Positions 30,020 to 40,764 of a DNA stretch of 64,000 nucleotides are shown here, one piece after another. The stretch lies in contig CAWFAK010000007.1 in the NCBI GenBank assembly GCA_963813715.1, positions 896,001-960,000 on the forward strand. The letters are read 5' to 3'. Both the position numbers and the translations under genes were made by a program. Source of the stretch: an uncultured Planctomycetaceae bacterium. GTDB lineage: Bacteria > Planctomycetota > Planctomycetia > Planctomycetales > Planctomycetaceae. How positions within the stretch are numbered: position 1 is the first letter of the stretch; every line of letters begins with the position of its first letter. The notes below the pieces were generated by a model that was not told where the DNA came from, searched no databases, and saw only the letters and a program-made list of their open reading frames with translations.

Positions 30020-30309
30020 TTCTTCCCCTTCTTCCACTCCCTCTCGCCCTCATCGGCGACCGGAAAACGGCCCATCGTCACCGGCCGATCGCTAAGGATA
30101 CCAGTCTCGATCGATGCCCGGCAGCAAGATTTCGCCAGGTCGCGAACATTACAAACTGTCTGCTTTCTCCACCCTGCCGATCGCGGAACGCCGATCGCCG
30201 TCGGCTCAGGAATGGTGACTTGCGGGCAACTACTTTCGGCGCGGCCGCCGCAGTAGAATGGCGGTCCAGCAGCCTCGCTTACACACCTGCAGACGAAAGG
30301 ATCTGTCGC

Positions 30310-30852
30310 ATGAAAATCGTTGCTTCTCTGTTACTGTCGGCCGCAGTCATGGTTTTGAGTTCGGGCGTTTCGTTCGCACAAGCCGCCGGGGAAGGCATGA
30401 AGGCGGTTTGCGTGCTCGAGCCGATCGGCAAGAGCGGCGTCACCGGGACGGTTGTGTTCGAGATGGTCAACAATCACGTTCACGTCAGCGGCAAGATCAG
30501 CGGATTGGCGCCGGGCAAGCACGGCTTTCACGTCCATCAATTCGGCGATCTCTCCGACAGCGAGAAGGGCGAATCGGCGGGCGGACACTTCAATCCCCAC
30601 AAGATGATCCACGGCGCGCCCGACGCGCGCACGCGGCACGTCGGCGACTTGGGCAATGTCGAGGCGAACGCCGAGGGCGTCGCCGTCATCGACCAGGACG
30701 ATCGGCTGATCAAGCTGTCCGGCGGCGATTCGATCATCGGCCGCTCGGTCGTCGTGCACGCCAAGCCGGACAATTTCGGGCAGCCGACGGGCAACGCGGG
30801 CGGACGCGTCGCGGTCGGCATCATCGGCTGGGCCAACCCGAAGACGAAGTAG
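30310..30852 (+). CDS. sodC: Cu/Zn superoxide dismutase
   Basis: HGFHVHQFGD, GGHFNP, RHVGDLGN, GNAGGR. Confidence 0.95.
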   Translation: MKIVASLLLSAAVMVLSSGVSFAQAAGEGMKAVCVLEPIGKSGVTGTVVFEMVNNHVHVSGKISGLAPGKHGFHVHQFGDLSDSEKGESAGGHFNPHKMIHGAPDARTRHVGDLGNVEANAEGVAVIDQDDRLIKLSGGDSIIGRSVVVHAKPDNFGQPTGNAGGRVAVGIIGWANPKTK

Positions 30853-30870
30853 ACACAAACGGCGTCAATG

Positions 30871-30949
30871 GGCGAGCGGCGGGTGTAAGGCCGCCGGTTC
30901 TTGCGATTCTGAATTTCAAGAACCGGCGGGCTTACACCCGCCGCTCGCC
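30871..30949. repeat. Inverted REP-like pair (half-copy also at ~22472-22501)
   Basis: GGCGAGCGGCGGGTGTAAGGCCGCCGGTT ... AACCGGCGGGCTTACACCCGCCGCTCGCC. Confidence 0.7.
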
Positions 30950-30963
30950 TTAGACTTTGCGCG

Positions 30964-32426
30964 TCAGCCCTTGATGACGCCGATCGGGCGCAGGCGAGCG
31001 ACCTTTTTGGCCAGTCCCGCGCGGTGCACGACCTCCACGACGAGGTCGACGTCCTTGTAGGCGTCGGGCTGTTCCTCGGCCAGGCCCTGCCACGAGCGGG
31101 CCTGCGCGATCACGCCGCGCTGCCGCAGCTCCTGGTCGATTCTCCGCCCCTTCGACTGCTTGACGGCTGCTGTGCGACTCATCAGCCGCCCCGCGCCGTG
31201 GCACGCGCTGCCGAAGGTTTGCTCCATGCTGCCGGGCTGACCCAACAGCACCCAGCTGGCCCGACCCATGTCGCCGGGAATCAGCACGGGCTGACCGACC
31301 TCGTGATAATCGGCGGGCAGCTCGGCGTGATGAGGCGGATAGGCGCGTGTCGCCCCCTTGCGGTGGACCCACACGCGCTTGGCCGTGCCGTCGACGTCGT
31401 GCTCCTCGAACTTGGCGATGTTGTGGGCCACGTCGTAAACCAGCTCGAGCCCCAGCTCGTCCCACGTCCGCCCGAAGATCCGCTCGAAGACTTCCCGCGC
31501 CTGCCACATGAGCAGTTGGCGGTTGCCCCAGGCGAAGTTTGCGGCCGCCCGCATCGCGCCGAGATAGTGCTGCCCCTCGTGGCTGTGCACTGGCGCAGGC
31601 CAACTGTCGGTCGGGCAGCTCGATGCCGTATTTTTCGGGCACTCCCCGCAAAGCGCGCAGGCGCGTCGTCGCAGACCTGGTAACCGAGGCCTCGCGAGCC
31701 GGAATGAATCATCACGCAGACCATCTTCTCGGCCAGGCCAAGCGTGGCGAGCGCCTCCGCATCAAACACGCGGTCGACCACCTGCACCTCCAGGAAGTGG
31801 TTGCCCGAGCCGAGCGTGCCGCACTGGTCGTACCCCCGATCGAGGGCGCGGTCGCTGACGAAATCGGGGCGGGCGCCTTCCAGACAGCCGCGGCCCTCCG
31901 TGAATTCGAGATCGCGCTCGGTCGCCAGCCCGCGTTCTTGCAGGAACTGCGGTCCCAGCTCGAGCAAGCGCCGCAGCTCGTGGTGGTCGAACTTGTACTT
32001 GCCCCCGTGGCCGGCCCCCGTCGGTACACAGCGAAAGAGTTCGCGGACGAGCGTCTCGATTGCCGGCCGAACGTCGGTCTCGCTCAGATTGCTCCGCATG
32101 AGCCGCACGCCGCAATTGATGTCGTAGCCGACGCCGCCGGGCGAGATCACGCCCCCTTCTTCCGGGTCGGTCGCGCAGACGCCGCCGATGCAGAATCCGT
32201 AGCCCCAATGGATGTCGGGCATCGCCAGGCTGGCTCGCTGAATTCCCGGCAGAAACGCGACGTTGGCCACCTGCTCCGCGGCGTCGTCCCGGCGGATCAA
32301 CTCCATGAGCGCATTGTCGGCGTAGATCAAGCCGTCGACGCGCATGCCCCGCTTGTAGGATTTCGGGATCCGCCACAAGCACTCGTTCACGCGCTCGAGC
32401 GGTCCGGCAAATTGTTTCGAGGGCAT
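30964..32426 (-). CDS. rtcB: RtcB RNA ligase (frameshifts ~31590-31660)
   Basis: MPDIHWGYGF, GYDINCGV, GTLGSGNHFLE, HSGSRG, DVAHNIAK, VHRKGATRA, SACHGAGR, EEQPDAYK. Confidence 0.95.
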
Positions 32427-32480
32427 ATCCTTCGCTCTCAATCAGACGGCACGGCATCAAGTCGCGCGGTGCCGCCTCGT

Positions 32481-32891
32481 TCAAATGTCCAAAATGACCT
32501 CGGCCCACCAACCGTCATGCGACTCTTCGACGACCAGGCCGTGATAAGTCACCGCTTTGACCTCATGCGCAAGTTGGTGCCGATCGGGATCGCACGTTTC
32601 TCCGTGGACCGTCGCCGTCAAACCTTGATCGTCGCAGACCACCTCGAATTCGCCGCCGAGGAACTGTTTGGACTCGAAAAGAAATAACAGCTCCGTGAGA
32701 AAATCGACGAACACATACTCCGGCTTTTCACCGTCCACCCGCACGCATATTTGTTCGCGAGGCTGAACCGCATCCGGATTGGACACAATCACCGCGAATA
32801 AGGCTCGCCCCGCCTCGGCAAAAAGGCCGTTTAAATCGGGTGCCTGGATTCGCAGCCCCAAATCGGCCGTATGGTCGAAAACTTCAAACAT
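32481..32891 (-). CDS. Archease
   Basis: DHTADLG...EVKAVTYH...ILDI. Confidence 0.95.
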   Translation of the reverse strand: MFEVFDHTADLGLRIQAPDLNGLFAEAGRALFAVIVSNPDAVQPREQICVRVDGEKPEYVFVDFLTELLFLFESKQFLGGEFEVVCDDQGLTATVHGETCDPDRHQLAHEVKAVTYHGLVVEESHDGWWAEVILDI

Positions 32892-32897
32892 GGGGGG

Positions 32898-33010
32898 AGT
32901 CCAAGGTCCGAAGTCCAAGGTCCAAGGTCAAAAGCTTGAGACGCCGACCGTCCCAGCGAATTTCGGTCTTCGACTTCCGACCTTGGAGTTTGGACCTGGG
33001 ACTTTGGACT
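32898..33010. repeat. Heptamer tandem repeats, direct plus inverted blocks
   Basis: gtccaag gtccgaa gtccaag gtccaag ... ttggacc tgggact ttggact. Confidence 0.8.
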
Positions 33011-33068
33011 GATTATAAGAGTGGCGCACGCACTGCTCACATCCTCCTGGCGCGGCGAATCGAGGCTC

Positions 33069-33878
33069 ATGGATCTGCAACTGAAAAACCACGTCGCCGT
33101 CGTCACCGGCGGCGCGAACGGCATCGGCCGGGCCACCGCCCTGGCATTCGCTCGCGAAGGAGCCCACGTCGGCATCTGGGACCTCGATCCGCACGCCGCC
33201 CAGGCCGTCGCCGCTGAGGTCGCCCGGCTCGGCGTGCGCTCTGTCGGCGTTCCGGTAGACGTGGCCAACGCCGCCTCGGTTCGCGCGGCAGCCGATGAAA
33301 CAGCGAAAACGCTGGGGCCGATGGATCATCTCGTGCACGCGGCGGCGATCGGGTCCGGGCGGTTCGGCTTCCCCTTCACGAACCTCGAGCCGGCCGACTG
33401 GCCGCGGGTGCTGGAAGTCAACGTGCTGGGGATGGTCCATGTGGTGCACGCGATCGCGCCGCAAATGTACGAGCGACGCAGCGGCACGATGGTCTTTATC
33501 GCGTCGGTCGCCGGCCAGATCGGCTCGCAGACCGATCCCCCGTATAGCGCCTCGAAGGCGGCCAACATCAACTTCGCCCAATGCCTGGCCAAGGACCTCG
33601 CGCCGCACGGCGTGCGCGTGAACTCGGTCTGCCCGGGAATGGTGCCGACGACGTTAAATAAAGGCGTGTGGCAGGCCTGGCACGATCAGGCGCCGCCGGC
33701 CGAGCGCCTCTCGTACGAAGAATGGGCCGATCGCAAAATCCGGTCGGTCGTCCCGCTTGGCAAGTGGCAAACGCCCGAAGCCATCGCCGACATGATCGTG
33801 TTTCTCTCGTCCGATCGGGCCGAGCACGTCACCGGCCAGACAATCAACGTCGACGGCGGCTTTGTGATGCACTGGTAA
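33069..33878 (+). CDS. SDR oxidoreductase
   Basis: TGGANGIG, YSASK, VNSVCPG, TGQTINVDGG. Confidence 0.95.
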   Translation: MDLQLKNHVAVVTGGANGIGRATALAFAREGAHVGIWDLDPHAAQAVAAEVARLGVRSVGVPVDVANAASVRAAADETAKTLGPMDHLVHAAAIGSGRFGFPFTNLEPADWPRVLEVNVLGMVHVVHAIAPQMYERRSGTMVFIASVAGQIGSQTDPPYSASKAANINFAQCLAKDLAPHGVRVNSVCPGMVPTTLNKGVWQAWHDQAPPAERLSYEEWADRKIRSVVPLGKWQTPEAIADMIVFLSSDRAEHVTGQTINVDGGFVMHW

Positions 33879-33885
33879 GTCGGCC

Positions 33886-34797
33886 ATGGCTCGCGCGCGA
33901 ATTGCCGTCGTCGGCTCGATCAACGCGGACCTCGTCGTACGCTGCGCGCGGCTGCCCCGCCCAGGCGAAACGATCTCCGCCCACGACGTTCGCGAAGTTG
34001 CCGGCGGCAAGGGCGCCAACCAAGCCGTTGCGGCCGCTCGACTGGGTGCCGACGTCACGATGATCGGCCGCGTGGGCGACGACGCTTTCGGCCAACGGCT
34101 CCGCACCGGCCTGCAGGAAAACGGCGTCGACGTCTCGCACGTGTTGACCACGCCCGACTGTGCCAGCGGCCTGGCCATCGTGACCGTCGAAGACAGCGGC
34201 GAGAATTCGATCGTGATCGTCCCCGGCGCCAACGGGCGACTGACCGCGGCTGACGTGCTTGCCGCGAGTTCGATCCTGCGCGACGCCGACATCGTGCTCG
34301 TGCAGCTCGAAGTGCCGCTAGAAACGACGATTGCCGCCATCCAACTGGCCCGCGAGCATGGCACGCCCGTCATCCTCGATCCGGCTCCGGCCCCCGCATC
34401 TGGGCGACGATCGTCATGGACGGCTACCGAATTGCTCAAGGTCGAGGTCGCGTGCCCGAACGAAGCAGAAGCACTCGCCCTCACCAACGTGCGCATCGAA
34501 ACTGTGGCAGACGCCGAGCAGGCGGCCTGCTGTTTGCGATCGCTCGGCCCGAAGTACGGCATCGTGACGCTCGGAGCGCGGGGAGCAGTGCTCTGTGAGC
34601 CCGACTCGAGGCCGGTACTCATTCCCGCGTTCCCGATCGCTGCCGTCGACACGACCGCGGCCGGAGACGCTTTCGCCGCCGCGTTGGCAGTGCGACTTGC
34701 CCAGAAAGCGGCGATGGTGGACGCGGTGCGGTTTGCCTGCGCGGCCGGCGCCCTGGCCGCCTCTCGTGCGGGCGCCAACCGGCAATGCCGCGTCTAG
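33886..34797 (+). CDS. rbsK: Ribokinase
   Basis: GSINAD, GGKGANQA, PNEAE, DTTAAGDAF. Confidence 0.9.
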   Translation: MARARIAVVGSINADLVVRCARLPRPGETISAHDVREVAGGKGANQAVAAARLGADVTMIGRVGDDAFGQRLRTGLQENGVDVSHVLTTPDCASGLAIVTVEDSGENSIVIVPGANGRLTAADVLAASSILRDADIVLVQLEVPLETTIAAIQLAREHGTPVILDPAPAPASGRRSSWTATELLKVEVACPNEAEALALTNVRIETVADAEQAACCLRSLGPKYGIVTLGARGAVLCEPDSRPVLIPAFPIAAVDTTAAGDAFAAALAVRLAQKAAMVDAVRFACAAGALAASRAGANRQCRV

Positions 34798-34894
34798 TCG
34801 AGGTCGAATCGCTCCTGGCAACCGGCTGACCGGCGAGGCATCGTTTGGCTGCGACGTCGGCACCGGAGAAAATGGGAATCGTGAGGTCAACGCG

Positions 34895-35800
34895 ATGATA
34901 ATTCCGCGATCTCTGCTGATGCTGATCGCCTGTGGCACGTCGCCCGGTTTGCTTGGGTCAAACGCCCGGGCAGACGGTGACATCACGCCGCCGAAAGCTG
35001 CGATGCCTTTTGTCGGTTCCAAAGCGGGTGAAGAACGCCAAGTCTCGGGCATCAAATTGTGTTGGTGTCCGGCCGGCCATTTCACGATGGGTAGCCCGCG
35101 CACCGAACCAGAGCGCCGGCCGGGAGAGAATCAGGTTGAGGTCACGCTGAGTCAAGGCTTCTGGGCGGGCAAGTATGAAGTCACGCAAGGCGATTGGAAG
35201 CGGATTGTCGGCACGTTGCCCGGGCCGTTGACGCCGGCCGGTGGAGCGGGAGATGACTTTCCCGTCTATAACGTCAACTGGCCCGAGGCCGTCGAGTTTT
35301 GCCGCAGGCTCTCCGAGAAGGCGCATGCGTCGGGCGAGTTGCCCAAGGGTTGGGAGTTTCGCTTGCCGACCGAAGCGCAGTGGGAATACGCGTGCCGGGC
35401 GGGAACGACAACGGCGACCGCTTTCGGGGACAAGATCAGCAGCAAACAGGCGAACTTTCTCGGCGACAAACCGTACAACGGGGCCGAGGTTGGGCCCGCG
35501 CTCCATCGGGCGACAAAAGTCGGGAGCTTTCCCGCCAACGCGTGGGGCGTGCATGACATGCACGGCAACGTCGTCGAATGGTGTCGCGATTGGTTTCACA
35601 CGCGCTTGCCGGGCGGCACAGATCCCGATCTGTCGAACGCTCTGGGGAGCAAGAACCGCACGGGCGACTACTCAAGATCGCGACGCGGCAGCGGCTTTAC
35701 CGATCCTGGCTGGGCCTGCCGCTCGGCGTTCCGTCAGCGGTTCGAGCCGGAGAGGCGCTACGACCACATCGGCTTTCGCGTCGTGGCCGTCCGGATGTAA
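34895..35800 (+). CDS. FGE-sulfatase/SUMF1-domain protein
   Basis: FTMGSP, YEVTQ, RLPTEAQWEYACRAG, DMHGNVVEW, IGFRV. Confidence 0.9.
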   Translation: MIIPRSLLMLIACGTSPGLLGSNARADGDITPPKAAMPFVGSKAGEERQVSGIKLCWCPAGHFTMGSPRTEPERRPGENQVEVTLSQGFWAGKYEVTQGDWKRIVGTLPGPLTPAGGAGDDFPVYNVNWPEAVEFCRRLSEKAHASGELPKGWEFRLPTEAQWEYACRAGTTTATAFGDKISSKQANFLGDKPYNGAEVGPALHRATKVGSFPANAWGVHDMHGNVVEWCRDWFHTRLPGGTDPDLSNALGSKNRTGDYSRSRRGSGFTDPGWACRSAFRQRFEPERRYDHIGFRVVAVRM

Positions 35801-35912
35801 TTTTTCAATCCCATTCGAGCGGCCGATCGTCGCGATGCCACTGGAGCGCCCGGGAAGCATCGACCAGCAAGCCTCGTCGCTAGTCCCATTTTGAGCACAA
35901 AGAGGTGGTCAG

Positions 35913-36563
35913 ATGAGAAGTTTTCTGTTGTCCGCCGCGATCTGGCTCGGCCCCATCATGGTTTTGCAGGCCGCGGACGGAACCAACAAGGTCGTCGAGC
36001 ACTCCCAGCGGATCCCCCGCACCTCGGAGGGGCTCGGCACGACTTCGTATCATTCGACTGACGCCGAAAAACACGCCACTGCCGGCTACGGCGAAGAGGA
36101 GCTCGCTTCCGGGTCGCCCGAGACGGGGACGCTCAAGGGGAAGCCGGGCCGTCGAATCGCCTGGTTCGGCATCGTGCGCGACGTGCACGAAGACAAGGCA
36201 AAGAACGAGACCCGTCTGCGCGTCGAGATGAAGTACTTCGACGGCATGACCGATCTGCACTTGCAGATTGTTTCCCTTTATGGGGCGGGTGATTTCCAGG
36301 CGGTGATTTCGGGGACGGATCACAAAATCAAGAGCCTGTCGCTCGTGCGCGTGTACGGAAAAGTCGTCGGCGAGACCGCCGGCATCCCGCTGGTCTCAGC
36401 CCAGTTCGTCCGCGTTTGGGATTGGGGCCTGTTTGCCTTCATGGACTACGGCACAGATAAAAGCGACCCGCAATGGGTGAAGCTTCGCAAAGTCGACAAG
36501 TTCCACATCTACAGCAGCCGACCAAATAAGCGATACTACGAAGCGACGATCGGAAGCCGCTGA
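35913..36563 (+). CDS. Secreted hypothetical protein
   Basis: SD (GAGG), signal peptide, clean ORF. Confidence 0.7.
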   Translation: MRSFLLSAAIWLGPIMVLQAADGTNKVVEHSQRIPRTSEGLGTTSYHSTDAEKHATAGYGEEELASGSPETGTLKGKPGRRIAWFGIVRDVHEDKAKNETRLRVEMKYFDGMTDLHLQIVSLYGAGDFQAVISGTDHKIKSLSLVRVYGKVVGETAGIPLVSAQFVRVWDWGLFAFMDYGTDKSDPQWVKLRKVDKFHIYSSRPNKRYYEATIGSR

Positions 36564-36651
36564 TGTTTGGTGGGCGACGTGGTCGACCCCGACGTTCTTC
36601 GCAAGAATAGCCTCCAATTGTCCGCGTCATCCTGGAACGGAGACCCCTGCC

Positions 36652-37708
36652 ATGAGTCCTTGCCGCGCTGCGATTCTGGTGGCCGTCTGCCTCTTGTCAC
36701 GGGCCAACGCCGACGAAAAAGGCATTGCGTCCGTCGACACCTACGGGCTGCATCATGTCGAGCGCAAGAAGGTGCTCGAGGTCGCCGGTCTGAGTGAAGG
36801 GGATCGGCCGCCCCGATTCGTGCAGTGGAAAGCCATCTCCGGGAGACTGGAGAAGATTCCGGGCGTCAAGCGCGCAGCGATCGTGGTCGTCACGGCCCCG
36901 ACCGAAACCGCGACGGGCGGCACGATCGGCCGACCGATCGTCTACCTCGGCATTCAGGAATCCGACCAGCCGGACGTGAAGTTTCGCGTGGCTCCGACCG
37001 GCAAGGTCGCGCTGCCCAAAGAAGTCCTCAAGCTCCATGCAGAGTATCAACGGACGTGGCTCGATTCGATCAAGCACAATGACTTCAGCGAGGATGACTC
37101 AAACGGCTACGCGCTGATCGGGCAACGAAGCAGCTCGTGCCGTCCAACGAAAGTTCCCGGCGCTGGCCGACCAGTACTACGATCAGCTGGTCGATGTCCT
37201 GCAGAACTCGAAGAACGCCGAACAGCGGGCGATTGCGGCAACGATCATTGCCTATTCGAGCAATAAGAAACGGGCTGCAAGCGATCTGATCACCGGCACG
37301 CAAGACGCGAGCGAGGGGGTACGAAACAACGCCGTTCGAGCCCTCTCGGTTCTTACCAACTATTCCAGGGCTCATCGCGAGCTGGGGATCAATGTGCCGA
37401 CCGATTGGTGCCTCGACTTGTTGGAATCGGTGACGTGGACCGATCGCAACAAAGCGATGGCGGTGCTGGGTGGGGCAACGGCCGACCGCGATCCGGCATT
37501 GCTCGCCAAACTGCGACAGCGATCGTTGCCGTCGTTGGTCGAAATGGCCCGCTGGAAAGCCGACCATGGGATGATGGCCCTTCTGCTTGTCGGCCGAATC
37601 GCGGGCCTGAGCGATCAGGAGACTCAACAGGCCTGGAAAGCCGGCCAGCGCGACAAGGTGATCGAGCGCGCTTTGCAAACCCGATCAGCTGCCTCCGAAT
37701 CCAACTAG
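36652..37708 (+). CDS. Secreted protein with HEAT-like repeats (frameshift ~37120)
   Basis: Continuation D..EGVRNNAVRAL ... SVTWTDRNKA. Confidence 0.6.
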
Positions 37709-37807
37709 GGATTTCCGCCCTCAACACCGTTTTCGGCAATCGGACAGCGGCTCCTGTCGCTCGACAATCTGCGGGCACTTCGGGGCCATTTCGGCATTGA
37801 GCGCGAT

Positions 37808-38029
37808 GTAGCTCTTCCACGACTCGGGCAGGGAGCAAGCCTTGCTGACACGCTTGCGCAGGTTGTCTCCGGCATCTCCGTCCCGGCGCCGGATCGGCTG
37901 CGGGCCGATCTCTCACAGTCGGTCAACGAGGTCTGCCTTCGCTGCCTGGCGAAGTCGCCTGAGACCGGATACGAGACCATGCGGCAGTTGGGCGAGGCAC
38001 TTGAGGCGGCACTGAGCACGCTCAGTTAA
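37808..38029 (+). pseudogene. Ser/Thr kinase C-lobe remnant
   Basis: PAPDRLRADL...VCLRCLAKSPETGYETMRQLGEAL* with no N-lobe. Confidence 0.55.
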
Positions 38030-38150
38030 TACGCTCGGCCGGCCCAACCCGGCCCACAAATCCACCGTGACAAGCGCCGGACGGGCGGCTACGATCGCAG
38101 CGTATCTCGCGCCCGACACGTCTGGCAACTCACAAACCGAGGAGAGCTGC

Positions 38151-38393
38151 GTGGATATCGTCTGGTTCTTGATCATCGGCATCGTCGCCGGCTGGCTCGC
38201 CGGAAAGATTATGCGGGGTGGCGGCTTTGGTCTGATCGGCGACCTCGTTGTGGGCGTGATCGGGGCGGTTCTCGGAGGCTTTCTCTTCGGGTTGTTGGGA
38301 CTGTCCGCGAACGGACTAATCGGCAGCCTGGTGACAGCGACCGTCGGCGCAATCGTGCTGCTGTTTCTGATCCATCTGATCAAGCGCGCCTGA
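38151..38393 (+). CDS. GlsB/YeaQ/YmgE family membrane protein
   Basis: IGIVAGWLAG..GFG..GD.VVGVIGA..GG. Confidence 0.9.
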   Translation: MDIVWFLIIGIVAGWLAGKIMRGGGFGLIGDLVVGVIGAVLGGFLFGLLGLSANGLIGSLVTATVGAIVLLFLIHLIKRA

Positions 38394-38419
38394 ACGATCC
38401 GCGTAATTTCGAGCTCGCG

Positions 38420-39636
38420 ATGCAGGCGCATCGACCTGCCGTCAGATGTCAAATATTAGTGCGGGCCTTTCCGTTCGCCCTCTCGCTGGCAGCGGCGCCG
38501 CTCGCGGTCGCACAGAGTGCCCCTCGGTCCGGGGTGGCGCCGAAAGAGATTGTGGCTTTCTCACCCGCGTCGATTGAGCGCCTCAAGAATCTCGGCTGCG
38601 GCGCCTACGATCGGCCGCCTCGAAAGTCTGATCTGTCGCTCGTGCTGAGCGCGCTCGCGGCGCGAGATCTCGAGGTCAGCAGCTTCGGCTGCCTGGCAGT
38701 CGAGAAATTGGCCTGCGATCACGCTTTCAATGCGCACTCGGCCAAAGCAGTCTTGGACCTGGTCGTGCCGAAATTGCGCAGCCCGCACGACGACACCAGT
38801 GAATGGGCCACACGAGCTGTCGAAGCCTTGGCCAAAGATACTCCATTCATCACTCGGGACATTCTGCCCCGCATCCATGCCACAGATGTCAAAATGCTCG
38901 AGATGACGACCCCGAAATGCGTGCACGCGGCTTCGGCCTGGCTCAAGGCGTTTTACCGCTGCTGGACGAGCGGCAACACGCGGAATTGGTCCGGTCCATG
39001 ATGCGTGCGTATTGCTGGCCGGTCGTCGGCAACCGTCTTGTCGCCAACAAAAGGCGGGACAAAACCTACGCCAACGGCGATGCGCAAGCGCGACTGCTGG
39101 GCATTCTGGCCTTCAGCGTCGCAGCAGAACGAATCAAAGACGAGTCGCTCGCGAGCCAGGTCGCCCTAGAACTCCTGAGCGCGATCGGGACTGAGCAGAC
39201 ACCCGACTTTTTTCCCGGGCATTGGGAACTCTATGGAATCGCGAAACTGGCGCCTCACGTCAGCGGACCGCTTCGCGAGCGGATCCTTCTGACGCTGATT
39301 GCGAGTGTTGCGAACGATAAATACGTCTACTCACTGACGTCCGGTGAACCTAGCCCCCCGCTCCATGCCGGTGGAGAGGCACTGTCGATCGTCGCGCCAT
39401 TGCTCAGCCGCGATTTGCTCGACCAAGCGGAGAAGGCGATCCCAATAAATAAAAAGGGAAGATTCCCGTACCTGTTCATTCCGGATGACTCGCCACTCGG
39501 ATTTAGCGTCGTGGCGCGGTCCTGGCCCACCGCGGAGGCCTACGAGTCGATGTACGGATCGGCGCGGAAGGCGCTCGCAGTACGAAGAAGAGAGTTGGCC
39601 AACGCAGTGCCAATTTTGAACCCAGGCGGGAAGTGA
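38420..39636 (+). CDS. Hypothetical helical-repeat protein (frameshift ~38910)
   Basis: ORFs 38420 and 38803 overlap and join. Confidence 0.55.
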
Positions 39637-39646
39637 ATCTCGCGGC

Positions 39647-40504
39647 TCAGGTCGCGGTCTTGCCCGCTTCGCTCCCCAGGCGCGAACGGGGCGAGGTTCG
39701 TCGCACGAGAAGCCACAGTCCGGCGACAAAGAGCGCGATCACGGGCGTCCACGGGACTAAGGCGACCACGAGCAGCGTGACCCCCTCGGCGAACGCGATC
39801 AAATTGTCGAGCGAGCCGTGGAAGGTGCGCGAGACATTGCTGGCAAACGAGGCCATCACGGGCGGGGCGTATTGCTGGCGCTCGTGCATGACGATCTCGA
39901 CCGTCGCCAGCGCCACTTGATTGTCCCAAAGCTTGACCGTCCCTTTGAGCTGTTCCAGCTCGGTCGTCACGCGATTGAGTTCCCGCTCGGCTTCGAGCAG
40001 CTCGCTGATTTTGCCGGTCTGTTCCTTGATGATTTTCTGCAGGCGATCGACCTGGACCTTCTTGTTGTCGATGCGGACCTGGTAATCGAAGTATTTTTCG
40101 GTGATGTTTTGCGAGTCGGTCTTGTCCCGCAAGGCTTCGCCGAGTTTTGACGCTTGCCTGACGAAGTCGGCAAACATGTCGACCGGAACGCGGACCCGCC
40201 ACGTCGCCGAGGGATGAGCGTGCAGAGTGTTGTTGATTTCCGAATCCGCCAGCAGGGCCTGGTGATCCTGCACCAGCTTCTCGAGCCTGGCAGTTGCCTC
40301 GGACAGATTGTCGACCAGCAGGTCGAGACTGGCGTTGTAAATAATCTTGCGGCGACTCAGCTCGCCCGACGGTTGCGGCTTTTGCTTGGCCGGCGGCGTC
40401 TGCACGTTGGGGGGAACCTCGGCTGTTTTGGCCGCCCGTTCCCCCGCTTCCGAACAGCCCAAAACGAACGCCAGCAGCACGGCCGCCAAACGAAAGCGTT
40501 TCAT
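39647..40504 (-). CDS. DUF4349 lipoprotein
   Basis: LGC lipobox, RKIIYNA, VRVP, ITEKYFD, LEQLKG, C-terminal TM. Confidence 0.9.
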   Translation of the reverse strand: MKRFRLAAVLLAFVLGCSEAGERAAKTAEVPPNVQTPPAKQKPQPSGELSRRKIIYNASLDLLVDNLSEATARLEKLVQDHQALLADSEINNTLHAHPSATWRVRVPVDMFADFVRQASKLGEALRDKTDSQNITEKYFDYQVRIDNKKVQVDRLQKIIKEQTGKISELLEAERELNRVTTELEQLKGTVKLWDNQVALATVEIVMHERQQYAPPVMASFASNVSRTFHGSLDNLIAFAEGVTLLVVALVPWTPVIALFVAGLWLLVRRTSPRSRLGSEAGKTAT

Positions 40505-40764
40505 GAATCGCACCTTGCGAAAGAAGTGGCTTTGGCGACCGGAACGCCGCACAGCCTGCTGGCCGTCCCGCCTGCAGTATGTCGCGATCCGCGCCGCCGA
40601 AACCAAGGCCAAAGAAGCCAACGAAATGAATGGCTGGAGGTTGCCCCGGACGGGGCCATGCCATCCTAGAGACGCGGACGGCCGCCGCTTTTATTCCCAG
40701 AAAACGCGGTTTTGCGCGTTTTGGCCAGCAAAGCCGACGCCATCGATTAGCGATCCGCGGCCGG

